42,392 nucleotides of DNA from Armatimonadota bacterium (GTDB lineage Bacteria; Armatimonadota; UBA5829; DTLH01), in assembly GCA_039680575.1 (NCBI GenBank), contig JBDKSP010000042.1, forward strand, positions 1 to 42,392, written 5' to 3'. The translations under genes and the position numbers were made by a program. A model generated the notes under the pieces. The model was not told where the DNA came from. It did not search any database and saw only the letters and a list, made by a program, of their open reading frames with translations. Of this stretch, positions 1 to 8,187 are shown piece after piece (within the stretch, counting starts at the first letter, position 1; every line of letters starts with the position of its first letter).

Positions 1-125
1 GTTTGCATTCCGCTTCCTCCAGACATCACCTCACAATGATGCCCTTGCGGTTCCGCTAGTGGTTCCTGTCACCAAGGCCCACAGGGGTCTCTCACCCCTT
101 AGTTACTGCGCCCTGCCGGGCGCAC
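1..125 (-). mobile_element. 5' end (domain I start) of a group II intron, class IIC-like; continues beyond the window start
   Basis: Minus strand begins GTGCGCCCGGCAGGGCGCAG at 125 (canonical GUGCG 5' end), followed by GGGGTGAGAGACCCC and CGCAAGG motifs. It starts 7 nt downstream of an intrinsic terminator, the target preference of class IIC introns. Confidence 0.85.
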
Positions 126-132
126 AATATTC

Positions 133-165
133 AAAAGGGCACTCTCAATGAGAGCGCCCTTTTTT
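133..165 (-). terminator. Rho-independent terminator of the recA operon; intron target hairpin
   Basis: Minus strand reads AAAGGGCGCTCTC-ATT-GAGAGTGCCCTTTT. The single non-Watson-Crick pair is a G.U wobble on the minus strand. It lies just after the stop codon at 175. Confidence 0.85.
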
Positions 166-174
166 GATTCTCAC

Positions 175-729
175 TTATTCGTTTAGTGAAAGAAAGCCCT
201 TCGAAACGCCGGAACGCTGTCTCTGACAGCTTGGACAGAGCGGCTCTCCAAAGGCCTTCTTGCTGTATTCATACTGTCCTTTTGTTATTTCGCGGCCGCA
301 CTCTTCATTCGAGCAATGGTAACTGGCGGATTGCCCGCTTTTAGAGCCTGATTCTGCCTTTACCGGCCTTCCGGTCATCGGCTGCGGGCTATCGACTATC
401 CTTTCGCCCTCTTCCAGTTCCGGAGCGAACTGAGTACCATAACCGCAAACAGCCAACGCCCGGCCTATAGCCCCAGTTTCGGCTTTTTCAACGAAGTCCG
501 CAAACCCTCGCGCGGTCTCCATCTTCGTTCCCGATCCTATGGGCTTACCGTCTGCGTTGTGGACCATTGCCTTGAATACAGCATGCCCTTTTTCAAGCTC
601 GATAGATACCGGTTCCGTCACTATAGCCCAGTCCGGGTGCTCTTCTCTGAACCACACCAGCCTGGATGCCACCGGCAGGTAATCCTTGCCGCCCTGGACT
701 TTAATCAACGCCTTTTTAATATCGAACAT
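175..729 (-). CDS. Rad52/Rad22 (Sak)-like single-strand annealing protein with C-terminal Cys4 zinc ribbon
   Basis: YLPVASRLVWFREEHP ... EKAETGAIGRALA resembles the Rad52 core helix (K.A.T.A..RA). The C-terminus carries CSNEECG...LCPSCQ. Family assignment is from motif recall. Confidence 0.6.
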   Translation of the reverse strand: MFDIKKALIKVQGGKDYLPVASRLVWFREEHPDWAIVTEPVSIELEKGHAVFKAMVHNADGKPIGSGTKMETARGFADFVEKAETGAIGRALAVCGYGTQFAPELEEGERIVDSPQPMTGRPVKAESGSKSGQSASYHCSNEECGREITKGQYEYSKKAFGEPLCPSCQRQRSGVSKGFLSLNE

Positions 730-783
730 AATATGTAAAGAGTCGAACGAATCGACCTGTTCGACTCGAAACCTCCTTCAATC

Positions 784-1812
784 TTACGCCGCGGTCTTTA
801 CCCCGGTTTCTTCGTCTGCGGTTATTGCCTTTATTTGTCCCGACTGCTCACGGATCTTCTTTTCGATCTCCTCCGCGACACCAGGATTTGCCTCCAGGAA
901 TGCCTTGGCGTTCTCACGGCCCTGAGCCAGGCGCTGGTCGCCGTATGTGAACCATGTGCCGGACTTTTCGACCAGTCCCACTTCGACCGCCATATCGAGG
1001 ACCGCGCCGGACCTGGAGATACCACGCCCAAACATAATGTCGAACTCAGCCTGCCTAAACGGCGGCGCAACCTTATTCTTCACTATCTTGGCTCTGGTCC
1101 TGTTACCAACGAGCTCCGCGCCAAGCTTGAGGCTGTCGACCCTCCGAACCTCGATCCGCACCGATGCCCAGAATTTGAGCGCTCTTCCTCCCGGTGTGGT
1201 CTCCGGGTTACCGAACATAACACCGATCTTTTCTCTGATCTGGTTGATGAATACGATTGCGGTCTTGGATTTAGCCGCTGACGACGCAAGTTTTCTCAGT
1301 GCCTGTGACATGAGTCTCGCCTGAAGCCCTACATGCGAATCGCCCATATCACCTTCCACTTCGGCTTTGGGGACAAGCGCGGCTACCGAGTCGACCACGA
1401 TTACATCCACTGCCCCGCTTCGAACAAGGCTGTCGACTATCTCTAGAGCCTCTTCACCTGTACCGGGCTGAGCTACCAGAAGATCGTCTACCTTTACACC
1501 CAGGTTCCGCGCGTATTCAGGATCGACGGCATGCTCCGCGTCTATAAATGCCGCGATACCGCCTGCGCGCTGAGCTTCGGCGATTATATGAAGGCCAAGA
1601 GTTGTCTTGCCCGACGCCTCAGGCCCATATATTTCAATCATTCGCCCACGTGGGATGCCTCCCACTCCGAGAGCTATATCAACAGGCAGCGCTCCGGTCG
1701 AAATGACCTCGACATTCGCTCCTGTCGATTCTCCAAGTTTCATTATGGAGCCCTTTCCAAACTGCTTCTCTATCTGAGATAGCGCCAGATCCAAGGCTTT
1801 CTGCTTATCCAC
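784..1812 (-). CDS. recA: Recombinase RecA
   Basis: GPEASGKTT Walker [37 protein letters not shown] start with GGAGG RBS. Confidence 0.99.
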   Translation of the reverse strand: MDKQKALDLALSQIEKQFGKGSIMKLGESTGANVEVISTGALPVDIALGVGGIPRGRMIEIYGPEASGKTTLGLHIIAEAQRAGGIAAFIDAEHAVDPEYARNLGVKVDDLLVAQPGTGEEALEIVDSLVRSGAVDVIVVDSVAALVPKAEVEGDMGDSHVGLQARLMSQALRKLASSAAKSKTAIVFINQIREKIGVMFGNPETTPGGRALKFWASVRIEVRRVDSLKLGAELVGNRTRAKIVKNKVAPPFRQAEFDIMFGRGISRSGAVLDMAVEVGLVEKSGTWFTYGDQRLAQGRENAKAFLEANPGVAEEIEKKIREQSGQIKAITADEETGVKTAA

Positions 1813-1850
1813 GTTTCCTCCTATAGAGTTTCAGATGTAAAACTCTCTAC

Positions 1851-1877
1851 CATCGCACATTTGTTCGATGCTATAAT
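1851..1877. promoter_or_regulatory. Gram-positive-type LexA (Cheo) box with an adjacent plus-strand extended -10
   Basis: CATCGCACATTTGTTCGATG (minus strand CGAAC-AAAT-GTGCG), about 40 nt upstream of recA, followed by TGCTATAAT at 1869-1877. Confidence 0.7.
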
Positions 1878-2028
1878 GTAAGAAGCACTGTCCCTCAGGC
1901 ATTTAGAGCTGAATATGGGCATATAGGAAGGTATATCAGAGGACACAACCGTTAACATGTGTTAACAGTTCATATTTTAGCCAGATTGCAGGACTTACTT
2001 GTCGGGAACAGGATATTCCTACGCCATT

Positions 2029-2057
2029 ATTATAGCACAAATGTTCGATTATAACAA
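2029..2057 (-). promoter_or_regulatory. Putative recA promoter overlapped by a second LexA box
   Basis: Minus strand TTGTTA-N17-TATAAT with TG extension. CGAAC-ATTT-GTGCT (2047-2034) lies in the spacer. Confidence 0.7.
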
Positions 2058-2085
2058 CGATAATTAACTCGCTGCTCTCATCTGC

Positions 2086-2115
2086 TTGACACGGCACCTG
2101 AGCGGCACATATAAT
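2086..2115 (+). promoter_or_regulatory. sigma70 promoter of the nuoH-N operon
   Basis: Consensus TTGACA-N18-TATAAT upstream of nuoH. Confidence 0.75.
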
Positions 2116-2152
2116 TAACCCGGCAATATTGCGGTTATTTTTCAGCAAAACC

Positions 2153-3211
2153 ATGCCGGAATCCACACTTATGAATATTAATTTATTGCTTATACTGGGC
2201 AAGATGCTCCTTGTGGCCGTGGTTATCCTCGGTTTCATCCTCTTTGCGGTCCTATATATGATATGGGGGCTCAGGCGCGTCATGGGCTACATCCAGGCGA
2301 GGATCGGGCCGAACAGAGTCGGTCCTCAGGGACTGCTTCAGACAGTGGCCGACGCGCTCAAGCTGCTTCAAAAAGAAGATGTAATCCCGGAAGGCGCCGA
2401 CAAGTGGCTGTTCACCATCGCGCCGTTCATAGTCTTCGTCCCGGCTTACCTCGTTTATGTAGTAATGCCGTTCGGAAAAGGGCTGATCGCAAAAGACCTG
2501 AACATCGGGATAGTCTATGTAAGCGCAATTACGAGCATCTGCGTCATCGGGATAATCATCGGCGGTTGGGCGTCGAACAACAAATGGTCGCTCCTCGGAG
2601 CGTTCCGCGCGGCAGCGCAGCTTGTTGCTTATGAAGTCCCGATGGTTCTCGCGATCATCGTCCCGGTGATCTTCGCGGGAACACTCAGTATGCAGGGGAT
2701 AGTCGAAGCCCAGGGCGGCGGATGGTTTACCAACTGGTTCATATTCCGCGGCTGGGGAATCCCCGCGGTCGCGTTTATCATGTATTTCACTGCCGGACTT
2801 GCTGAAGTCAACCACACGCCTTTCGATATTATGGAAGCGGAATCTGAGCTCGTCGCCGGGTTCAACGTAGAGTACAGCGGAATGAAGTTCGCGCTCTTTT
2901 TCCTCGAGGAGTTCGCAGCATCGTTCACTGTCTCCGCCATAGCCGTGACGCTCTTCTTCGGCGGCTGGAACTCTCCAATTCCCTGTCTCGGCGGAAACTG
3001 GACGGGGATTGCAGGCCAGGCGGCATCGCTTTTCTGGTTCCTTGCAAAAAGCGTGGTCGGAGTCCTTGTTATGATGTGGATACGCTCCACATGGCCCAGA
3101 GTCCGCGTAGACCAGCTTATGAACCTGGGATGGAAAGTGATGATCCCGGCAGGCCTCGTTCTGCTTCTTGCCGCAGGGACTGTAGTAACGATGGGTTGGG
3201 TCAAGTTATGA
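2153..3211 (+). CDS. nuoH: NADH-quinone oxidoreductase subunit H (start ATG 2153 or 2171)
   Basis: QARIGPNRVGPQGLLQTVADALKLLQKE, PFDIMEAESELVAGFNVEYSG, PRVRVDQLM. Confidence 0.96.
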   Translation: MPESTLMNINLLLILGKMLLVAVVILGFILFAVLYMIWGLRRVMGYIQARIGPNRVGPQGLLQTVADALKLLQKEDVIPEGADKWLFTIAPFIVFVPAYLVYVVMPFGKGLIAKDLNIGIVYVSAITSICVIGIIIGGWASNNKWSLLGAFRAAAQLVAYEVPMVLAIIVPVIFAGTLSMQGIVEAQGGGWFTNWFIFRGWGIPAVAFIMYFTAGLAEVNHTPFDIMEAESELVAGFNVEYSGMKFALFFLEEFAASFTVSAIAVTLFFGGWNSPIPCLGGNWTGIAGQAASLFWFLAKSVVGVLVMMWIRSTWPRVRVDQLMNLGWKVMIPAGLVLLLAAGTVVTMGWVKL

Positions 3212-3702
3212 AGAAGCGTTGCTTGTGCAGCGAGATAATATATACGTTCGTCAGCCTTACAAAAGGGCTATACATCACTTTCATAAACTTCTGGCGAAAG
3301 AAAATAACCATGATGTATCCCGAGGAGCGCTGGGAACTGCCCGAAGGCTATCGCGGCATGCCAGTGCTTCCCGCTGACCCTGAAACCGGCAGGGAAAAGT
3401 GCCTTGCCTGCGGCTCGTGCGCTAGAATTTGCCCTGAGCACGTAATCACGATCAAGCATGAGGTCGGTGAGGACAAAAAACGGCGGTTAGTCGAGTTCAA
3501 TATCGACATGTCCCGCTGCATGTTCTGCGGCCTCTGTACCGAAGCCTGCCCTACCAAGGGACTCGTGATGAGTAAGCACTTCGAGCTTGCGAGTTTTAGC
3601 AGAAAAGATATGATTTACGGCATCGACGACCTCCGAAGGCTCGGAGGAGTCTTCCCGAAAGAACCGGCCAAAGAAGCAGCGGCAGACGGAGGTGAAGCAT
3701 AG
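3208..3702 (+). CDS. nuoI: NADH-quinone oxidoreductase subunit I (copy 1)
   Basis: TMMYPEE, two CxxCxxCxxxCP motifs (CLACGSCARICP, CMFCGLCTEACP). ATGA overlap with the nuoH stop. Confidence 0.93.
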   Translation: MKKRCLCSEIIYTFVSLTKGLYITFINFWRKKITMMYPEERWELPEGYRGMPVLPADPETGREKCLACGSCARICPEHVITIKHEVGEDKKRRLVEFNIDMSRCMFCGLCTEACPTKGLVMSKHFELASFSRKDMIYGIDDLRRLGGVFPKEPAKEAAADGGEA

Positions 3703-3703
3703 C

Positions 3704-4234
3704 ATGAGCTTGAGCATAACAGGTTATCAGATAGCTTTTATTACCATTGCGGCTATGACAGTCGGCTCCGCGGTTATGGTCGTGACACTTCCGAACATCC
3801 TGAGATCGGCGCTTTTCCTGGCGTTTACGTTCCTTGGTGTAGCAGGGCTCTATGTGTTAGCCAACGCGGAACTTCTTGCCGCGATGCAGGTGCTTATTTA
3901 TGTCGGCGCAATCACCGTGCTCATTATGTTCGCTTTGGTGCTCACTCAGCAGTTGATGGGAGCCAAGATCAGGCAGTCGAGCCGTGGATGGCTCCTTGCC
4001 GCTCCTGCCGCAGCGCTGATGTTTGCTTTTTTGCTAAAAGGGTTTATAGAGCCGTTCAACAAGGCCGCAAGCGGAGCGGTTGCAGCCGGACCAGCGCCAG
4101 CTGACGCAGGCACACTTGTTTCGATAGCGAAGCTGCTCCTCCAGCCCTATGTGCTGCCGTTCGAGCTCGCATCGCTCATCCTGCTTGCCGCGCTTGTCGG
4201 CGCTATAGTGATTGCAAAGGAGGATAAAGAGTAG
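3704..4234 (+). CDS. nuoJ: NADH-quinone oxidoreductase subunit J
   Basis: QVLIYVGAITVL, YVLPFELASLILLAALVGAI. GGAGGT RBS before ATG 3704. Confidence 0.95.
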   Translation: MSLSITGYQIAFITIAAMTVGSAVMVVTLPNILRSALFLAFTFLGVAGLYVLANAELLAAMQVLIYVGAITVLIMFALVLTQQLMGAKIRQSSRGWLLAAPAAALMFAFLLKGFIEPFNKAASGAVAAGPAPADAGTLVSIAKLLLQPYVLPFELASLILLAALVGAIVIAKEDKE

Positions 4235-4543
4235 ATGCCTCCCGTAACCTGGTATCTTTACGTCTCCGCAGCGCTTTTCGCCCTCGGGCTTTTCGGCATA
4301 ATGACAAGGCGAAACGCTATTGCGATGCTGATGTCCATTGAGCTTATGCTGAATGCCGCAAACATCAATTTAGTTGCATTTTCGGGATATTTGAGAGGGC
4401 ATACGCTCGTCGGCCAGATATTCGCACTCTTCGTGATTGCAATAGCAGCCGCCGAATCCGCCGTGGGACTTGCGATAATCATAAACGTTTACAGAACCGT
4501 TAAGCATATAGATGCTGACGATATCAATTTGATGAAGTGGTAG
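4235..4543 (+). CDS. nuoK: NADH-quinone oxidoreductase subunit K
   Basis: RRNAIAMLMSIELMLNA, AAAESAVGLAI. Confidence 0.97.
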   Translation: MPPVTWYLYVSAALFALGLFGIMTRRNAIAMLMSIELMLNAANINLVAFSGYLRGHTLVGQIFALFVIAIAAAESAVGLAIIINVYRTVKHIDADDINLMKW

Positions 4544-4547
4544 GCCG

Positions 4548-6653
4548 ATGATTCAGTTAGCCTGGTTAATACCTGTTATACCGCTCGCTGCATTCGCGGC
4601 GATCATATTTTTTGGGCCCAAGCTCAAGAGCAATGCCGCGTACGTCGCCATAGCTGCGATAGTGTCGTCGTTTTTGATCTCGGCGGGTATCGGCTATGAA
4701 TGGTTCTTCGTCCACCACGCACAAGCCGCTGCCAATTTCTACGCGGACTGGATCCCCACGGGGACGAGCGTGCTCAGGATAGGGTTCGGGGTCGATTCGC
4801 TCACGATTATGATGCTCTTCGTTGTCACAATCGTAAGCATGATGGTGCAGATATTCTCTATCGGTTATATGCACGGTGACCCGCGCTACCCCCGGTTCTT
4901 CGCATATCTCTCGCTTTTCACAGCTGCGATGCTCTCGCTTATAATCGCAAACACGATTCTCCTTATGTATATAAGCTGGGAGCTTGTAGGACTGACTTCG
5001 TATCTCCTGATCGGGTTCTGGTTCGAGAAACCTGAGGCAATGCGAGCCGCGAAGAAGGCGTTTTTAGTCACAAGAGTCGGTGATGTGGGTTTCTTCCTCG
5101 GTCTCTTGCTCCTTTATCTGAACACGGGTACAGTCGAGCTTGCCGGGATATTCAAACAGGTCGAACTTCTGAAGATACCGCAGGTCCATATCCCGGCGCT
5201 TGGGTTCGTCGCTTCGATAATTCTTGGAATTATGGCCTACGGGCTTGCAGGAGCGGTATTAAAAGGCACAAAACGGCTTCCAGTGGCGATTTTCGCAGGT
5301 CTTGCGATCTTCGGAGCGGCGTTTATGCTCATTCCGCACGGACCAGTGCAGATGTCGCTCGCAGCAGTAGCTTCGCTCCTTCTTTTCTGGGGAGCGGTCG
5401 GCAAATCAGCGCAGTTCCCGCTTCATGTCTGGCTTCCTGACGCTATGCAGGGACCTACTCCCGTGAGCGCCCTCATCCATGCAGCTACGATGGTCGCAGC
5501 CGGTGTCTATCTCGTTGCGAGGATGTATCCGCTCTTCCATGTCGATATGACCGCGCTCAATGTGGTCGCGGTCGTCGGAGCCTTTACAGCAGTATTCGCT
5601 GCGACGATGGGCATAGTGATGAACGACATCAAGCAGGTGCTCGCATACTCGACTATAAGTCAGCTCGGTTATATGATGATGGGGCTTGGGGTCGGCGGCT
5701 ACACCGCAGGGCTTTTCCACCTTATGACGCACGCTTATTTCAAGGCTAACCTGTTCCTCGGATCAGGAAGCGTCATCCATGGGACAGGCACGCAGGATAT
5801 GAGGCAGATGGGCGGCCTTTACAAGAAGATGCCTTACACCTTCTGGACGTTCGTCATAGCGACTGCCGCTCTTGCTGGGCTTCCGGGGTTCGCAGGCTTC
5901 TTCAGCAAGGATGAAATTCTTCTCGCTGCCTATCACTGGCACGGCGGTAAGATGGTTTTCTACGCCGGAGTTGCCGGTGCGTTCCTGACAGCGTTTTATA
6001 TGACCAGGCTCCTCGCGATGACCTTCTTCGGTGAGCCGAAGGATAAAGAGATCCACGCTCATGAGAGTTCGAAGGTGATGGTAATCCCGCTTATGGTGCT
6101 GGCGTCGCTTTCAATACTCGCGGGTTATGTGGGACTGCCCTGGAATAATATCTTTTCGCACTATATCAGCTTCGGGCACGGGGAGCATGAGTTCTCATGG
6201 GCTGTTGTGGCTATGGGAACCGGCGCAGGGTTGTTTGGAATTGCGTTTGCCTCGCTCATCTGGATCTGGCCAGTGTTCCGGTTCGCTTCGCTTAAGCCTG
6301 CGCTTGGATGGGTCCAGACGCTTCTTGCTAACAAGTATTATATGGATGATATCTACGACATCGTAATCATCCGCCCGCTGATGATCTCGACCAGAGCAAT
6401 GTTTGCGTTCGACAGGTGGGTCATAGACTACGTGATCGTAAACGGCACCGGCTGGATAACATTGCAGCTTTCAACTCTCTGGGCTATATTCGACCGCTAC
6501 GTAGTAGACGGTATCGTGAACCTCGTCGGAGAGCTTACGAAACGCGGTGGATACGCGCTTCGATATGTTCAGACAGGGATAGTGCAGCAGTATGCGCTGA
6601 TTCTTGTTGTTTGCGTTGTTCTTATTGGTTGGTATTTCGTTCTATTGAGGTAG
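4548..6653 (+). CDS. nuoL: NADH-quinone oxidoreductase subunit L
   Basis: WELVGLTSYLLIGFW, GKSAQFPLHVWLPDAMQGPTPVSALIHAATMV, HLMTHAYFKA, and a long C-terminal lateral helix region. Confidence 0.97.
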   Translation: MIQLAWLIPVIPLAAFAAIIFFGPKLKSNAAYVAIAAIVSSFLISAGIGYEWFFVHHAQAAANFYADWIPTGTSVLRIGFGVDSLTIMMLFVVTIVSMMVQIFSIGYMHGDPRYPRFFAYLSLFTAAMLSLIIANTILLMYISWELVGLTSYLLIGFWFEKPEAMRAAKKAFLVTRVGDVGFFLGLLLLYLNTGTVELAGIFKQVELLKIPQVHIPALGFVASIILGIMAYGLAGAVLKGTKRLPVAIFAGLAIFGAAFMLIPHGPVQMSLAAVASLLLFWGAVGKSAQFPLHVWLPDAMQGPTPVSALIHAATMVAAGVYLVARMYPLFHVDMTALNVVAVVGAFTAVFAATMGIVMNDIKQVLAYSTISQLGYMMMGLGVGGYTAGLFHLMTHAYFKANLFLGSGSVIHGTGTQDMRQMGGLYKKMPYTFWTFVIATAALAGLPGFAGFFSKDEILLAAYHWHGGKMVFYAGVAGAFLTAFYMTRLLAMTFFGEPKDKEIHAHESSKVMVIPLMVLASLSILAGYVGLPWNNIFSHYISFGHGEHEFSWAVVAMGTGAGLFGIAFASLIWIWPVFRFASLKPALGWVQTLLANKYYMDDIYDIVIIRPLMISTRAMFAFDRWVIDYVIVNGTGWITLQLSTLWAIFDRYVVDGIVNLVGELTKRGGYALRYVQTGIVQQYALILVVCVVLIGWYFVLLR

Positions 6654-6660
6654 GGACTTG

Positions 6661-8175
6661 ATGGATTCCTGGATTCTCACGTTAATAACGTTCATCCCGC
6701 TTTTAGGCGCGGCTATACTGATATTCATACCGAAGGAGCGTGCGCTTGGCATCAAGTGGACGGCTGTTATCATCAGCCTTATCCCGCTGGCGCTCTCCAT
6801 CTGGCTATGGATGCATTACGACTCGAACGGGGTACAGTTCCCGCAGGGCGCTCAGTTCCTTGTGGACCTCCCCTGGGTCAATCAGTTAGGTGTCCACTAT
6901 ATTCTCGGCGTTGACGGAGTCAGCGTCCCGATGGTCTTTCTGACCACGCTTCTTGTGACGCTCTCACTTATCTACTCGCTCTTCATCGAGACGCGGCCCA
7001 AGGAATATTTCAGCCTGTTCCTCCTGCTTGAGACCGGGTTGCTTGGGACGTTTATCGCTCTCGACTTTTTCCTGTTCTACGTCTTCTGGGAACTGACACT
7101 GGTGCCGATGTATTTCCTGATCGGTATCTGGGGCGGCCCAAGACGCGAATATGCGTCCATCAAGTTCTTCCTTTACACACTCGTCGGAAGCGTTGCCATG
7201 CTCCTTGCGATACTGGCAATGTATTTCAACACACAGCCGCATTCGTTCAGCATGCTGGCTATGGCCGATGCAGGGATGGACCTAAGACTGGGCGCCAGCG
7301 CGCCGCTTGTCTTCGCCGCGCTTTTCCTCGGTTTCGCGGTCAAGGTTCCGTTGTGGCCGTTCCACACATGGCTTCCTGATGCTCACGTCGAAGCACCGAC
7401 GGCTGGAAGCGTCATCCTGGCGGGCATAATGCTCAAGATGGGGACTTACGGGTTCATCCGCGTCCTTCTGCCGATACTGCCGCAGACCTCCAGACAGTTC
7501 TGGGTCCCAATAGCGGTCCTCGCGCTCATCTCGATCATTTACGGCGCGCTCGTCGCTATGGCACAGAAGGACCTGAAGAAGCTGATCGCCTACTCCAGCG
7601 TAAGCCATATGGGATATGTTATTCTGGGGATTGCCGCTGCCATGGGTGTTTCTCATGCTGTCACGATCGATGACCGCGCTATGGCGCTAAACGGCGCGAT
7701 GCTCCAGATGTTCAACCACGGGATCATCACAGGCGCGCTCTTCCTTCTGGTCGGCGTGATCTACGAACGGGCTCACACAAGAGACCTTGATTCCTTCGGC
7801 GGACTCGGTGCAAGAATACCGATATTCGCCGGGCTCTTCTGGGTTGCGTGCTTCGGTTCACTCGGCCTGCCAGGGCTTTCGGGGTTCTGGGGTGAGTTCT
7901 TCGTGCTGAGAGGCGTTTTTGCTGTGAATATTCTTATCACGGCGCTTGCAGGAATCGGTATAGTCGTGACCGCGGCTTACCTCCTCTGGACTGTCCAGAG
8001 AGTCCTGATGGGCACGCCTAACCCAAAGTATGCAAAGATGCCTGATGCGAATGCCCGTGAGATCGTAGCGCTTGCTCCGCTTATGGCGATCATGGTGGCC
8101 CTCGGCTTCTGGCCCAAACCTATTATCGATATACTGAATACAGCATCCGTTGCGATAGCTCGTATTTTTGGATAA
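6661..8175 (+). CDS. nuoM: NADH-quinone oxidoreductase subunit M
   Basis: FYVFWE, KVPLWPFHTWLPDAHVEAPTAGS, LIAYSSVSHMG. Confidence 0.97.
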   Translation: MDSWILTLITFIPLLGAAILIFIPKERALGIKWTAVIISLIPLALSIWLWMHYDSNGVQFPQGAQFLVDLPWVNQLGVHYILGVDGVSVPMVFLTTLLVTLSLIYSLFIETRPKEYFSLFLLLETGLLGTFIALDFFLFYVFWELTLVPMYFLIGIWGGPRREYASIKFFLYTLVGSVAMLLAILAMYFNTQPHSFSMLAMADAGMDLRLGASAPLVFAALFLGFAVKVPLWPFHTWLPDAHVEAPTAGSVILAGIMLKMGTYGFIRVLLPILPQTSRQFWVPIAVLALISIIYGALVAMAQKDLKKLIAYSSVSHMGYVILGIAAAMGVSHAVTIDDRAMALNGAMLQMFNHGIITGALFLLVGVIYERAHTRDLDSFGGLGARIPIFAGLFWVACFGSLGLPGLSGFWGEFFVLRGVFAVNILITALAGIGIVVTAAYLLWTVQRVLMGTPNPKYAKMPDANAREIVALAPLMAIMVALGFWPKPIIDILNTASVAIARIFG

Positions 8176-8187
8176 GGCATTCAACTG

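Noticed and set aside
1951..1966. Rex operator for the nuo operon
   Set aside because: The GTTAA-N6-TTAAC spacing does not fit TTGTGAA-N4-TTCACAA; kept only as an unassigned palindrome.
5430..5470. NuoL PDAMQGPTP instead of the common PDAMEGPTP
   Set aside because: This position varies among functional NuoL proteins (Ala in E. coli), so it is not evidence of altered function.
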